In this document: positions 48,378 through 62,265 of the stretch, piece after piece
Position numbering within the stretch: the stretch's first letter is position 1
Layout of the letters: every line of letters starts with the position of its first letter
From: Camelus ferus
Lineage: Eukaryota
Direction of reading: 5' to 3'
Length of the DNA stretch: 64,000 nt
Assembly (NCBI RefSeq): GCF_009834535.1
Contig: NC_045697.1
Location: forward strand, 99,698,001 to 99,762,000
Notes under the pieces: model-generated
Told to the model about the DNA's origin: nothing
The model's input: only the letters and a program-made list of their open reading frames with translations
The model's database searches: none
Position numbers and translations under genes: made by a program

Positions 48378-50181
48378 CTAGGAAAAAAATTATGAAAATG
48401 TCCATTTCCATACAGTAGGCAACTAATAGTAGTAAATAATGTATTTCTTACTATCTAAAATATATGTTCAAATAATCACATGCTTTATCTTTATGTTCCT
48501 TTGCTTAATAACTGATCAAAAATGTGTATATACATTGATATGTTTCAATTTGTTCATCTTTGGGTTTTATTACATTTTTAGAGTAACTCTGCTTGTCAAA
48601 TATGCATCTGACAAGGAATAATGCTAACAACTCAATTCATGATTTTATGATTTAGAACTTAATCTAATCTCACAGTTAATTAAAGGTTACATGATATTTT
48701 CATTGTGGGATATTAAGCGTTAACTATACATTACAATGTTTCTGTAAGTAATAAATTGCTGAGCTGGTTTTACCGGGACTTTTTCAGAATTTCTGGCATG
48801 TAGTGCTTTGAGAAAAATTAGGAGAGAAGAAAAGGGAACATCAAATTTATGGTTTGGGGTTTTTCTTTCCTTTAATTCTTATCTTTCTTGAATAATCATT
48901 TTGACATAAATTAAAAACTTGTGTAACAAAATTAAATAATGAAGGTATTATACAAGATAGTTATAATTATATATTATATAAAAATGGATTTATTTTAGGT
49001 CACTAACAAGCATGTAAGACTAAAAGACTAAAAAACATAAGACTAAATGATGGAATTAAGACATTTTTAAAGATACACAAAATATTTTATAAAGCAAAAT
49101 ATAACTAGAGTATACATTCAATGAATGATTCCAAGTATTATTATTAAGACAGTGACAGCAGGAAACAATGACTATTTAAAACTCTGTTCTGGAAAAAATT
49201 ATCTTCACCCAACTCCCTCTAAATAAAGATATTCATACTAGATAATGATCCACAAAACACATTTAAATATCTCACAAGGCACTTAGAACCAGTAACCAGG
49301 TATATGTACTGCATAAACTTTAGAAAACAATTGAACAATAATAATAAAACAAGTTTATTTGGGAGATTTCTTCAAACAGACAAAATAGAAAATTTATTTT
49401 ATCACATGCATCAAGCCAGGGTATCTTTACCCTACCTAACTCTAAGCTATGAGAGTGGTGAGGATGGTGACTTCTGAGAGTAAGATTATAAAGTACTTAC
49501 AGGGCTAGAAGGGTAGAGAAAATGGGCTTTTGTGGGTATATTCTGGGTAAAAAAAAGGAAGCTCTGGTTCTGAATTATATCCTGAATAGTTTCTGATTCC
49601 ATAATATCCAACTTAAAAAAGAGGCACTGTAGAAAGTCCTACTATACCTCAGAATGGAAAAAGGGGCAGACATACCAAGTTAATGGGAAAACTAGTTTAC
49701 TAAAGATTTGAGAAAAACACCATTATCAGGTAGATAGTACTCAACTACCCAATGAATGAAATCTTTTGAAAGTAAGTTACTGAGACAATGAGAATGTTTT
49801 CACAATGGTTATAAATAAAATTGTCTTGTAATAAACAGAATTACCTTAAAAATTCAGATGGTCTGCTTATTATACCTTTCAACACAACACTTTAATGATA
49901 ATCATAATTTTTTCACAGACACAGATCTCTTTATATTTTGTAAACTATAGTGTAAACTTACTTTACACTGTTTCATCAGGCATTAAGATGATATAACATA
50001 GTATTTTCATGCTTTCCTTATTGATACATTTTAAAACAATATGGGCACTCTAAAGAAAGCTGGGAGAAATACAGCAAAAAATTCGTCACAAACCAGATTG
50101 CTGCTTTTATTGAAATAATTTTTTATGGATTAACAATCATACATAGAAAACTAGTTTATTTTCTGTTAAAGAGTGGCTTAC

Positions 50182-50282
50182 CTCATCCTCTGATCCAGAC
50201 TTATTTGATTTATTACCTTCTTCTCGTCCTTCTATGATTTCAATTTCTTCGTCACTCTTTTCCTCAGGTTCACCTTCCTCTT
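50182..50282 (-). CDS. CLGN: CLGN exon, acidic cytosolic tail: (E)[33 protein letters not shown]
   Basis: Acceptor tgttctag|, donor GAG|gtaagc, 101 nt, phase 1/0, consistent with neighbouring exons. Confidence 0.94.
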
Positions 50283-51314
50283 CTAGAACACAGATTTTTA
50301 TTAAAGGCAAAGACTTGATGAATTAGCATTTTGCTACTGAAAAGTATTACATAAAAGTCAGGGGATGCATTTAAATTCCAATATTTAAAAGCAATTTCCA
50401 TTAGAAATGTTTTTAAATGAAATACAAATACTCACTATTTAACCACATTTTATAAACAAATCATATCTGAGGAAAGGGACAGATTTAGAAATTTTTAAGG
50501 CATTCAATCTGTATGCAGAATGAAAACCAAAGAATATATATACGTATGTGTATGTGTATATGTATACACATATATATGTAAATATGTATGTGTGTGTTGT
50601 GAATCAGTATTTTTTCTAAGTCAATTGTTTCATCAACTATTGAGTTAAAAATAGTGCTCAAGATATAATTTAAGTTTTAAAGGGCTGAATCTGGAACTTG
50701 GCTTGTGATATCTAGCAAACATCAATAGTTTTACTGCTACCTAAATGTGTATAAGGAGGTCTCAATGGAGTCACCAAAAAGCCTCAGTTCTTCAGTTTTA
50801 ACATCTTCTGGAATTTAATAGAAGATGGGAAGCAGACATGATTCAGCAATCCTTTCAAAAGACAGTACTATTTGTTCAATATGATAAACTATCTGATAAA
50901 CAACAGCAGTTGGAAGACTTGGTGTGGACTCTGTTGCAATCACCTTCCTTAAACTGATCACTCCTCTACAGAAGCCATGGTCTAGTCTGCACCTCCCACC
51001 TAAACTACATTCTTGGAGGCAAGAAAAATCTTTGCAAAAAGCTATGTCATATGAGATTCATAGTTGCTAGGCTCTGAAGCAACTGAATAATTTTTACAAT
51101 TCTTTCTCCTTAGAAGACAAAAATCATATGTAGGATGCCTGCTCAGGACCAATCCAGGCAAGGATCCTCTTTGCCATAGTCACGCATTCTTGGGGATTCC
51201 GATGGTATAAATATGACAATAAACAAGTGTGACGACTAGGGTTTACCAGACAATCTACTATTTTTAATGAGCTTTGCCCAGGGTAGCCATTATAAATCAC
51301 CATCATCATCTTAC

Positions 51315-51474
51315 CTTTTTCAAGAATTTCACCATCACTTTCCTTTTTTTCCTCTTCCAAGTCTACTGGTTTCTCCAGGGCTGCTTTCTCTTCCTTCACT
51401 TCTTGCTCTAGTGCTCCCTTTGTTTGTTGTTTACATATGTCAGTTTTTTTGAACTCCGCATCTTCATATTTTTT
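51315..51474 (-). CDS. CLGN: CLGN exon: [53 protein letters not shown]
   Basis: Acceptor ccatag|, donor AAG|gtaaga, 160 nt, phase 0/1; overlaps ORF 51124..51399. Confidence 0.94.
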
Positions 51475-51680
51475 CTATGGCAATTTAACACAAGCTATTC
51501 TTACTAAAAGCAAAGCACTACTAAAAAAGTTTTTGCAATAACTGATACCATATACAGTGAACTATCAGTAAAAGCTTACAGGCAATTTATTACTTTTAAG
51601 AACTACCTGCTCTATTCACAGAACTCCTAAACACTAAGACATTTTTTTTTTTAATGTTGAAGGAAATTCATTTTCTTTAC

Positions 51681-51806
51681 CTTTACTTTTCTTGGCCAAC
51701 AAAATAAAGTAATTAATGCCACTGGAAGCCCTGCTGTCACAAGATAAATGAGCCAAAGCCATGGGCGATCTTCAGTAGCTGCCATCAACTGTTTAAACAC
51801 GGTAGG
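51681..51806 (-). CDS. CLGN: CLGN transmembrane exon: [42 protein letters not shown]
   Basis: Acceptor ttctttag|, donor AAG|gtaaag, 126 nt; hydrophobic helix starting PWLW as in the calnexin family. Confidence 0.96.
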
Positions 51807-52895
51807 CTAAAGAAGAAACAAGCACAAAAATGCAATTCAGATTTTATAAACCTTCAATCAGAAATACAACTTACAAAAACAAGAATTTCACCTAGATGTT
51901 TTATATTAAGCAGTCATGAATTTGTAAGCTAAAAATATTTTCCTGTCTTATACTTCATAAATTTTAAACAATCTTTAATTATTTGCATGCATCACTGCTT
52001 GACACTTTATAGTAGGAGGTATGTTATACTACATAGGTGGATATTGCTAACCTACCAGCAAGAATTAGGACAATTCTCTTTTTTGGTAAGGTTCACAATA
52101 GAACTACTCTTTATGGATGTTTTATCTGGTTCATTTAGAACTATACAACTCTCTGATAACTCATTCTGCACTTTAAAGGACTTACTTTAAAAAAATCAAC
52201 CTGAGAATTACTGTGTTTTCATTTTCTTGTTAACAAATTTTGTACACAACCTTCAGGAAGGAAACTGTTTCTCTTATTAAAATAAAACTAAAATCATTAA
52301 ATCTTTTAGTTAAATTAGAATTCCCTTACCTTTACTTACTCTTTTGATGGTTTTTGCTAATATCCAAAGAAACCAAATATAAGGTATGAATTTTTCTTTA
52401 TAGTAATGAGTTTTAAAGTTATATTCTCCAAGGTGCATTGTGTAGAAATATTTAGCTTAATCTTTTCTAGGTAGTGTTAAAATTTGAAACTAGAGCATAA
52501 TTAAATAATATTAAATTTAAAAAGTTTCTGCACTCCTCTAAGTGAAAAGTAGTTAAAATGAATAAGGAATATTTAGGTTACTGTTCTCACTTAGGCCTTG
52601 AATTGACAAGGTGACAAAGATACTAAGGAGTCTCATTTCTATAAACACCAAAAGGCATTAAATCCCATTATGCTATCATATTTTAATAAATGAAACAAAG
52701 ACTTACATTCATTACCTAGTTTATAATGAAGTTATATCATAATTTGGTAAAGCTAAATATTCTGCCTACATAAATTTATTTAAATATGTTTCTTTAGCAT
52801 TTAGTAATTATTGCACATTTATTTACCTTTAAGGCCATTTGTATAACCTATAACCAGGACCAAGTCCTATTGTTATTATACGGTGAATACTATAC

Positions 52896-53111
52896 CTCAT
52901 TAGCATTTTCTGCCATTATTTTCACTCCCCAACCATCTGCAGCCCAGCGATCTGCTACTTCCTTTTCTGAACAGATAATAAAATTATCAAAGTAGATATC
53001 AGAGGTCATAGACCAAAGCTCTAAACCAAGAGCACAGAAAGAAGTCAGAAGAAATGGATGATCATCTTCAAAATAATCTGGATTAGGAATTTTTCGAGGA
53101 CTCCAGACACC
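52896..53111 (-). CDS. CLGN: CLGN exon: [72 protein letters not shown]
   Basis: Acceptor ttcttccag|, donor GAG|gtatag, 216 nt; calnexin/calreticulin signature GLELWSM…FDNF. Confidence 0.97.
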
Positions 53112-54401
53112 CTGGAAGAAAAAATAATTTAAAGATATTTTCAAATAAAATAATTTCATTATAAATGTTCCTCAAGAAGAGCTGCTGTTGAATGAAATTA
53201 GCAACACTAACTGGGAAAAAAGAAAACTTAAACTCATAATTAATTTATTACGAATTCACTGGAAGTAAAATCTTGTTTCTTCCTATCCTGTACATGATGT
53301 TCCCTATGAATAACACTGACTTTAAACTCTGGGGGAAAAAAAAGAGGCAGAGTGAAAATCCAACACACACAGAAGCTTCAGAAATTTCACAAGTGACACT
53401 ATTTCAGATAATTTTTTTTCACATTTAGTAAAGATATTGAAGGCAAGATGTCATTAAAACTGTTCAAACCAGAGAGATCACTATATGGAACTGTGCCTTT
53501 TAACATATATCCATGATAGGCATCAATAGTCAATCATAGTTGAATCTCAAAACAATTATTTAACACATAAGTTCCATTAGATCTTACGTGATTAAATTTA
53601 ACCAAATCAAACTGGACGATAGGATCACTCACTGATTCATTCTGCCATCATATATATCTATTCTGTGCTAAGCACTATGCCAGATGCTAGAATACAGTGA
53701 TAATCAAGGCAAACATGGTCCCTGCATTATGGTGTTTAAAGTCTAAAGACAGAGACAGATGTTAAACAAAAAAGTTACTAAAATAAGCATTTTGTGATAA
53801 ATGCTATGAAGAAGAACTACAATGAGCCATTAGAATATACAACTGTACATATAAAATAAATGTTAGAAAATGTCAATGACTAATTAGATAAATCTACAGG
53901 GTTAAATGGATAATGTAAGGATTTCTACCCCCAAAACTAGGTATACTGAAGAAATATCTCATTTATATTAGGAAAAAAACAATTTTAATAACACCAGAAA
54001 GTAAGGAGCACATTAAGCACAGATTTTAATTACTAAAATGTATAATATGAGTTCTCTTGATCAGAACTCATTTCTTATATTTAATTCTAAAATAAAATTG
54101 ATTCCAAAGTGATCATCAGTTGATTACTAGGGAAAAATATAGTATAAAGTGACTGATCTTTAGTTCTTCATTTTATTCCACCAGAAAATTAAATAAAGAA
54201 TGCTTTACTTTTTTTTTTACTTTTACTTTTTAAATATAAATTAATTGAAGTCTCTTTTCTTTGATGTCTTAAGATAGCTAAGGCACACTATTACAAATCA
54301 AATTCCTAAAAGTTAATATAACATTACCAATAACTAGACATGTAATACAAATAGCACAACATTTTAAACTTTACTGTGGGATTGGAACAAGTGGTTACTA
54401 C

Positions 54402-54552
54402 CTGGTAGTTTGGGTTATCTATCATTGGAGGTCTCCATATTCCTTTGTATTTTGGGTTATCTATCATGGGAGGGTGCCACTCACCACACCCAATCCGACA
54501 GGCTGGATTAGAAATACGAGGTGCTTCCCATTCTCCATCCATGTCTTCATTC
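54402..54552 (-). CDS. CLGN: CLGN P-domain exon: (W)[50 protein letters not shown]
   Basis: Type-2 P-domain repeats GxWxPPxIxNPxY; 151 nt, phase 2/0; acceptor cctaag|, donor CAG|gtagta. Confidence 0.96.
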
Positions 54553-54674
54553 CTTAGGATATTAGAACAAAGCAAATATAGTAACCTCAAGTCTCTCCTG
54601 TCAGTCATGTAAACTAGGAACAAAAAAGCAAGTAAGAAACATGAAATTGACATTTGAATATGAAGAATGCTTAC

Positions 54675-54788
54675 CAATCCTCAGGTTTTTCAGCATTAGG
54701 ATCTGGAATAAATTTTGGTTCATCATCAAGCCAGCCATCAGGTTTAACAACACTTGAATCTTCTATTTGGGCAGGTTCACTTTCATCC
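54675..54788 (-). CDS. CLGN: CLGN P-domain exon: (W)[38 protein letters not shown]
   Basis: Type-1 repeats IxDPxxxKPxDW; acceptor ttatag|, donor TTG|gtaagc, 114 nt, phase 2/2. Confidence 0.96.
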
Positions 54789-55720
54789 CTATAAATACAA
54801 TATTCCATGCTAATTATTAATTATTTGAACTGTTTAAAAATGCACATTACAAAATTCAGAAGGTACCAAAACATATTTCTGACCCTTCTGTCTTTGTGCC
54901 TACTACCTCCACCATCTCTCATCTACCTAAATCTTCTGCTATACACTTTTTTGTATAAATTTCCTGTTATGCTCTATTCATACAAGCACTTATGTGTATG
55001 TATATTTTTTTTTACAAAAATGATTTATACAATTTACATAAATGATAGCATTCTATACAGAGTATGTTAGATCTTGCTTTCGTTTATTTAAAAACTCAAT
55101 CTTCAACAAACATACATGGGATGCCTACTACGTGTCAACACTGATCTAGGCACTCTATTTTATAAAAATATAAATCTACTTCATTCTTCTTAACAGTTGC
55201 ATAGTTTTCTATTTTGTGAATATACCATAATTTATTTAATGTATCTATTCTTGAGGACATTTAGTGTTTAAAATCTTACTATTACAAATAATGCTATAAT
55301 TAATATCCTGGAATATATTAGAAATCAGTAAGAAATTAGTGGTCAGCTACATGAATCGAAATTTTTTTTCGAGTTTCTCATGTATTTTTTATGTAGTTTA
55401 TGGTGGGGTTTTTTGCTATATAAAAAAACGTATTTTCATGTATTTGGAATGTATTAATATTTTTCTTTGTGGTTCTTCAATTTTGTCATATTTGGAAAGG
55501 TCTTCCCTACTCCAAAGTTATTTTTTAAAAACTCTCCATATTTAATTCTAGTAATTTTTCATATTTTCATTTAAAAATAATACTTAGTAAATTCTGAAGT
55601 ATATAAACATAGTCATAGTAAGTACAAAATGGAATTACTAATATAATTTTCATCTTTATAGAAAAGCGGAAATTTTAAACAACAATTTACATCATGATGT
55701 TCCAAACAAAAGTTGAATAC

Positions 55721-55796
55721 CAAACTGAAATAATCAACTCTATATGTAAAGACTGAGTAACAAACTGAAATAATCAACTCTTTATATATAAAGACT
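55721..55796. repeat. ~40-bp imperfect tandem duplication
   Basis: caaactgaaataatcaactct at 55721 and 55761, each followed by a TA-rich spacer and taaagact. Confidence 0.9.
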
Positions 55797-56269
55797 TGTA
55801 TTTGCCTGATATCAATGTTATCTTAAAGTCTCTGAGGGCTCAAAGTAAGTAGAGTTTAAAATTTAAAGGCACATTTCTTTCAGCACTTCAGAAAATAAAT
55901 TCTGACACATATCACCAACCAGACTGAGGTTGTTATGCAGTTTCTCTCATTCAAGGACAAACTTATTTCCCAGCCTTACCCTTTATGGGCAAACAAATAC
56001 GAAGCAATGTTAGAAAGCCCATATGGAGGGACTGCATCCTACCTTTTCTGATAGTATGAATTCATGGAAATGCTGCATTAATAAGTGGTTTATTAATTTT
56101 TAAAAAAAGTATTATTATTCCTAGCACAAGTTACTTTCATATTATATTATTTTCCTGAAGGCAAAGACATTTTCATTGCTAATCATTACCCCTCTTCATC
56201 TACAAGAGTTAACAAGTTAACACTTCTGGTTATCCAGGAGCAACAGTCTATGTTCTGAATAGGTGGTAA

Positions 56270-59200
56270 TCCCAATGTTTACAAACAAGAAAAATTTGAA
56301 GAAATACAAACAGACACTTCCCAAAATAAGCACAGAGAAAAACTGGTTTAAAAAATAAATACAACCTCAGTGACTTGCAGCACAAATGTTAAGCAGCCTA
56401 ACATACATTTAAGGTGCGTCCAAAAAAGGGATGGGGAGGCTTATATAAATATTTAATGAAATAATGGTCAAATATTACCCATCAATACAAACTATAAAAC
56501 CATATTCCAAAAAACTAAAAGAACCCAAAGCAAGACAAACACACACACACACAAAATGACACCAAGGCACAACAAAATCAAACTGGTGAAACTAGTAATA
56601 ATAAAAATAAATCTTAAAACCAAAGAGATAAAATGACATATCAGGTAAAGGAGAATACGGATGAGAATAACAAATGACTTCTCATCGGAATCAGTGTGAG
56701 CCTCGTGACAAGGATTGGCTATTGCAAAATAACTATCAATCTATTTCCCATGGTGAAAAATCCTTCAGAAATGAAGGCAAAATAAAGAAATTTTCAGAAA
56801 AATAAGTTGAGAGAATGCAATGACAGCAGACATGCACTACAATATGTTAAGACAAGTTTATCAGGCAGAAAGAAAATAACAGATAGGAATTTCTACCTAC
56901 ACAAAAGGAGAGTACCAGAAATGATACATATGTGGGTAAATAAAAGGACTTTTCCCCTCATAACTTTCAGATTAAAAGATACTGAAGAATAAATATGTGT
57001 GGTCTTCATATATATTTACTGTGCATGATAACAGCACAAAGGATGGAAGGGAGAAAACATAAGACTCATACTATTAACATAGACATAAAGTGGCATAATG
57101 ATTTGAGAGTAGATTGAAATAAGTTTAAGATGTATATTGTAAACCCAAGAGCAACCACTAAAATAACAAACCACAGAAGAAAAGCCAATAAACCAATAGA
57201 GAAGAAAAAATAGAAGACTCAAATAAAATAAAATAACTCAATATAAAAAAAGGAAAAAAATTTATAGAAGACCACAGAATATATAGGACAAACAAAAAAC
57301 AAGTAATGAGATGGTAGGTTTACAACCAACCATATCAGTAAGTACATTAAATGCAGATGGTTTAAAACACTCCAATTAAAAAGCAAGACCCAAATGCAGT
57401 TGCCTACAAGAAAATCACTTGAAAAATAAAGGCATATATATAGGTTACTGGTAAACAATGCAAAATACTGTTCAATGGAAACAAGGTTTAAAAGAAAATG
57501 AGAGTGCTGATTTAATATGAGACCAAGTAGACTTCAAGACAGAGCAGTATGAGAGTTTGTAACAGAAGGATATTTTATAGTAATAAAAAGGTCAGTCTTC
57601 AAGAGGTCATGAAATACTTTGAATTGATCCAGTAATAGATCTTCAAAACACATGAAACAAAAACTAACAGAACTCAAAGGAGATAAAGACAAATCCACAT
57701 AGTTGAGGATTTTAATTCTCTTCTCTCAGTAAGAGAATAGACTGAAAATCATTAAGAATATAAAAGCTTTTCAAGCAATCTGATGTAACTGACATTTGTG
57801 AATGTTTTCTGACCACAACAGAATTATATTGGGAGTCAAAATGAAAATCGTATCTGGAAAATCCATAAATAACTGACAAAGCAATATATTTAAAAATACA
57901 TGAATCAAAGAGGAAATCACTAAGGAAATTGGAAAACAGTATGAACTCAATGTTCTCATAAATAACATATATTTATATAGTATAGTTAAAGCAATGCTTA
58001 GAGAAAATTTACAGCTGCTTCAATCAGAAATGATTTACCACCTTAATAAGGCAGAAAACAGAAGTAAATTAAGTCCACAGTAAGAAGAAGAAGGAAATAA
58101 TGAAACACAAAAAGGCCAATAGAGGGGTTCTCCAAAAAGATCAATAAAATTGATAAACCTTTAGCTAAGCAATTCAAGAAAAAACACTACCACATCAGAA
58201 ATGAAAGACATCAATACAGACAATCACAGACATTAAATAGATAATAAGAGATGTTGGAACAATTAGACATTCATATTTTTAAAATTAATCTTGATTTATA
58301 CCTCACACTACATATAACAACTCAGAACAGAGCTTTAGTCAAAATTATTTCTCTAGAAAACAAAAAAAAAATCTTTGTCACATTTAGGAAGACTTCTTAG
58401 TAAGATGCATAAAAGCATAAAACATCAAAGACAAACACTGACAAACTAGACTTCATAAAAATTTAAAACTTCCTCTATTAAGAAAATTAAGACAAGTAAC
58501 AGAGCGAGATGAAGTACCTGCATACTGCGTATCTGTATTTACTGACTATTGCTGCATAACAAATCACTCCAAAACTTAGGGGCTTAAAAAGTAACATTTA
58601 CTATCGCAGTTTCTGTATTGCAAAATCTGGTTACCAGCTCTGGGTCCTCTGCTCAGGGACTCTGGCAGGTTGCAATCAAGGCACTGGCCAGTACTGTAGT
58701 CATCTTGGACTGAGGTAAGCAGCTTCTGAAATGGTTTCCAATGATCCTGCTTCCTGGTACCCATGCGCCCACGTGTAATCCCCTCTCCTTAAGAGTGAGT
58801 GTGACCTAATAACTTGCTATTTAATGAACAGAAATTAGTAATGGGATGTTACTTTCAAGAGTAAGTTATAAAAGATTATATATTAGTTTCCCTTGGCTGC
58901 TGTGACAAAATACCACAATATGGGTGATCTAAAATGACAGAATTTTATTATCTCACAATTCTGGAGACTAGAAATCAGAAATCAAAGTTTTTGGCAGGGA
59001 CAGGCTCTCTCTAAAAGTTTTAGGGCAGGATCTTTCCTTGCTGCTTCTTTACTTCTGGTGGCTGCTGACAACCTTTGGCATTCCCTAGCTTGTAGATGCA
59101 TCACTGCAATTTCTGCCTCAGCTGTCACATGGTGTTCTTCCTATATGTTTGTGTCCAAATTTCCCTCTTCTTAAAAGGACACTAGTTATTTTGGATTTAG

Positions 59201-60940
59201 GGCCTACCCTAATCCAGTCTTACGTCATCTTAACTTGATTACATCTGCAAAAATCCTAATTCCCAATAAAGTCACAATTACAGGTATGGGTAGGCATGGA
59301 TTTTGGGAGGACAGTGTTGATCCAGTATAGATTGTCACTTCTATCTTCTTCGCACTCTCTTCTCCCTCCCTTCCCCTCCCTTTGCTTCCTTTGAAGACAG
59401 CTACCATATTGTGAGATACTCCATGGAGAGGGCTAGATTGCAAGGAACCAAGGGATGACTCTGACCAACATCTAGCAAAGAATTGAGGCCCTCAGTCCAA
59501 CAACAATTCAGTTTCTTGTGAGACTGAATCTTACCAGCACCCACTTGAGTGAGGTTGAAAATGGATCCATTCCCACTTGAGCCCTTAGATGACTACAGTC
59601 CCAGCTGACATCTTAATTGAAGCCTAAGAGACCCAGAGCCAGAAGACTCAGCCAAGCTGCACTCAGAATGCTGAATCACGGAAACTTTGAGATAATAAAT
59701 GTGGTTTTAAGCCGCTAAATTTTGGGGTAATTTGTTACACAAATTTGATAACTAATACAATACCTGTATCTAGAATAACATTCATAACTCAATATAAAAA
59801 ATAACCCAATTAAAACATGGGCCAAAAAAATTGAAAAGACATTTCTCCAAAGAAAGTGATATGAGTGGCAAGTAAATGAAAATCAAGGAAATTAGTGATT
59901 AGTCATTAGGAAAATGCAAATCAAAACTACAACTAGATACCATTATAAACCTTTTAGAATAGCCAAAGAAAAACAGAAACAGATAATACCAAAAGGTCAA
60001 AAGGTACAAACTTCCGGTTATAAGGTAAGTAAGTCCAGGGGATATAACGCACAGCATGGTGACTGCAGTTCACAATACTGTACTGCATATTTGAAAGTTG
60101 CTAAAAGGGTGGACCTTGCAAGTTCTTATCACAAGAAAAAACCTGTAACTATGTGAAGTGATGGATGTTAACTAAATTTATGGTAGTGATCATTTTGCAA
60201 TAACTACATATATCAAATCATTACATTACACAATAAACTAATACAATGTTCTATGTCAATTATATCCCAATTAAAAAAACAGATAATGCTGTTACTGTAT
60301 AACATGTGGAACTGATATAACGGTAGGAATGCAAAATCATTCAGCCCTTTGGTAAGGTTTGGCAGTTTCTTATAAATTTAAACACACTTACTATACAATC
60401 GCACTCCTAGGCATTTACCTAAGAAAAAGGAAAAATTATGTCCCCATAAGCCTTGTCCACAAATGTTTGTAACAGCTCTATTCATAATTGCCCCAAACTG
60501 GAAACAACTAAAACTTCCATCAACATGTGAATGGATAAACAAATTATGATACATTCCTACAATGGAACACCACTCAGCAATAAAACAAAACTAATTGCTG
60601 ACACAAGCAAAATAAAAATGGATAAATCTCAGAAAGCATTATTCTGAGTGAAAGAAAGCAAAAACAAAAGCTATACCGTAAGATTCCATTTTATACGGTA
60701 TTTTTGAAAAGGCAAAGCTATAAGGGACAGAAATCACATCAGTAGTTTCCAGATGAGGGTGGAAGGAGGGAATTGATGACAAAAGGATATGAGAGACCTT
60801 TTTGGACTGATGGAAATATTCTATATCATGATTGTAGTAGTAGTTACATCACTGTACATATCTGTCAAAATTCACAGAACTGTATATCTAAAATAGATGG
60901 ATTTAACTGTACAAAAATTATACTTCAATAAATCTGACAG
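56270..60940 (+). mobile_element. Old fragmented L1 (ORF1, ORF2, 3' UTR) in a CLGN intron, interrupted by nested LTRs and a second L1 3' end (~59990-60278)
   Basis: A-rich L1 sense texture; MQIKTTTRYHY in ORF 59914; L1 3' UTR motifs at 60350-60935. Confidence 0.75.
58533..59759. mobile_element. Nested MaLR LTRs: MLT1C-like (58879-59329) inside MLT1F-like (~58713-59759), next to another MLT1 fragment (58533-58712)
   Basis: MaLR termini tgtatt…gctgcataacaaat, tatattagtttccc…gctgtgacaaaataccac and …gtaatttgttacac…gataactaataca; 5-bp TSD gatta/gattg around the inner element. Confidence 0.75.
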
Positions 60941-61179
60941 AAAAAACATGCAATCAGAACTTAGCAAATATAAAAAGGACAATACTTGTTGACCAAGTGG
61001 ATTGCAAGGTTAGTCCAACATTAGAAAATCAGTGTAGTCCATCCACTACACCAAGAAAATAAAGGAGAAAACCCAACGGTTATCTCAAAATGCAAAAAAA
61101 GCTATTTACAAAATCCAACACCCAATCACACACAGACACACACAAAAAAAACCCTCTTAGCTAACTAAGAACATAACAC

Positions 61180-61780
61180 CGTGGGAGCCCATGGTTGGGT
61201 TAACAAATTGTAACAGACTCCAGCCGCTTGTCACCTTAAGAAGAACAAATGTGCTTAGTAACTGCTTTACTAGCAGGCACCTATGCCTCCACACTCCTGT
61301 CTCCTGGCCTTAAAAAGTAGAGACAATGATGCCTTGTGTGTATAGTTGAGGTTTTAGATAGCACTCTGCCCTTAGGAAAGCAAAGGCCCAGGCCCTCAGC
61401 TATAAATGCTGGGCATGCTTGCTGTTTAAATCGTCTGTTATCCCCAAAACAAGGAACTGGCTGGTCTGGTGGTCTGCTTTGTAATTCACATATCTAAAGA
61501 ATGTATCTTGTTCCCCTCTCCCCATGACTTCCCTGAAGATAAATTAAGCCTTTGTACTCATTGTGGATTCTACAATCTTTATCCCATCCTGTCTTTCCCT
61601 AAATTCCTGCATTCCATCACACAACTGTTAGTGATTTTTCCTTTGATTGTACACAATAAATGTGAGAGCATTTGAGAGGCTTGTGGAGTTGGTCCCTGAG
61701 TCCCTCTAGCTCTCTTGACTTTCCAGAGTCTCCAGCAATTCATTCCGTCTTGGTGGGACTTCTGCCGGTCAGAACCCACA
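61180..61780 (+). mobile_element. Probable solo ERV LTR (~600 bp)
   Basis: Inverted termini (c)gtggg…cccaca, TATAAA at 61401, AATAAA at 61655; cataaca occurs on both flanks. Confidence 0.55.
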
Positions 61781-61834
61781 CATAACATTTTTTACTCATA
61801 CTTAGCACATATACTTTTGTTTAGTCCCCTCCCA

Positions 61835-62265
61835 ACTGTACCAGGGTTGGTCTGTGTGACAAACAGAACACAGCTGAAGTGATGGCATGTCACTTCTAAA
61901 TAGGTTATAAAAGGCCATGCAATTTCTGTGGTTGTGCTCTCTCTCTCCCTCTTGGGTAAGTCCTTCTGGGGGAGCCATCTGCCTTGTCATGAGCAGACCT
62001 AAGAAGAGATCCAGGTGGCAGGGAATTGAAATTTCTTGACAACAGCCACAAAAGCCAGTGGGAAGCGGATCCTCCAGCCACCCAAGTCAAACCTTCCGAG
62101 GCACGCAGCTCTTACGGCAGCGTGACTGTAACCTCAGGAGAGCCTGAGCTAGAACAAGTGAGCTAGCCACTCCCAGATTCCTGCCTCTCAGGAACTGAGT
62201 TCTTATTTGTTGTCTTCAGCTGCTAAGTTTTTGGTAATTTGTTACACCGCATTAGGTAACTAATA
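61835..62265. mobile_element. MaLR (MLT1F/G-like) LTR
   Basis: cagattcctgcctctcaggaactgag…ctgctaagtttttggtaatttgttacaccgcattaggtaactaata terminus. Confidence 0.7.
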
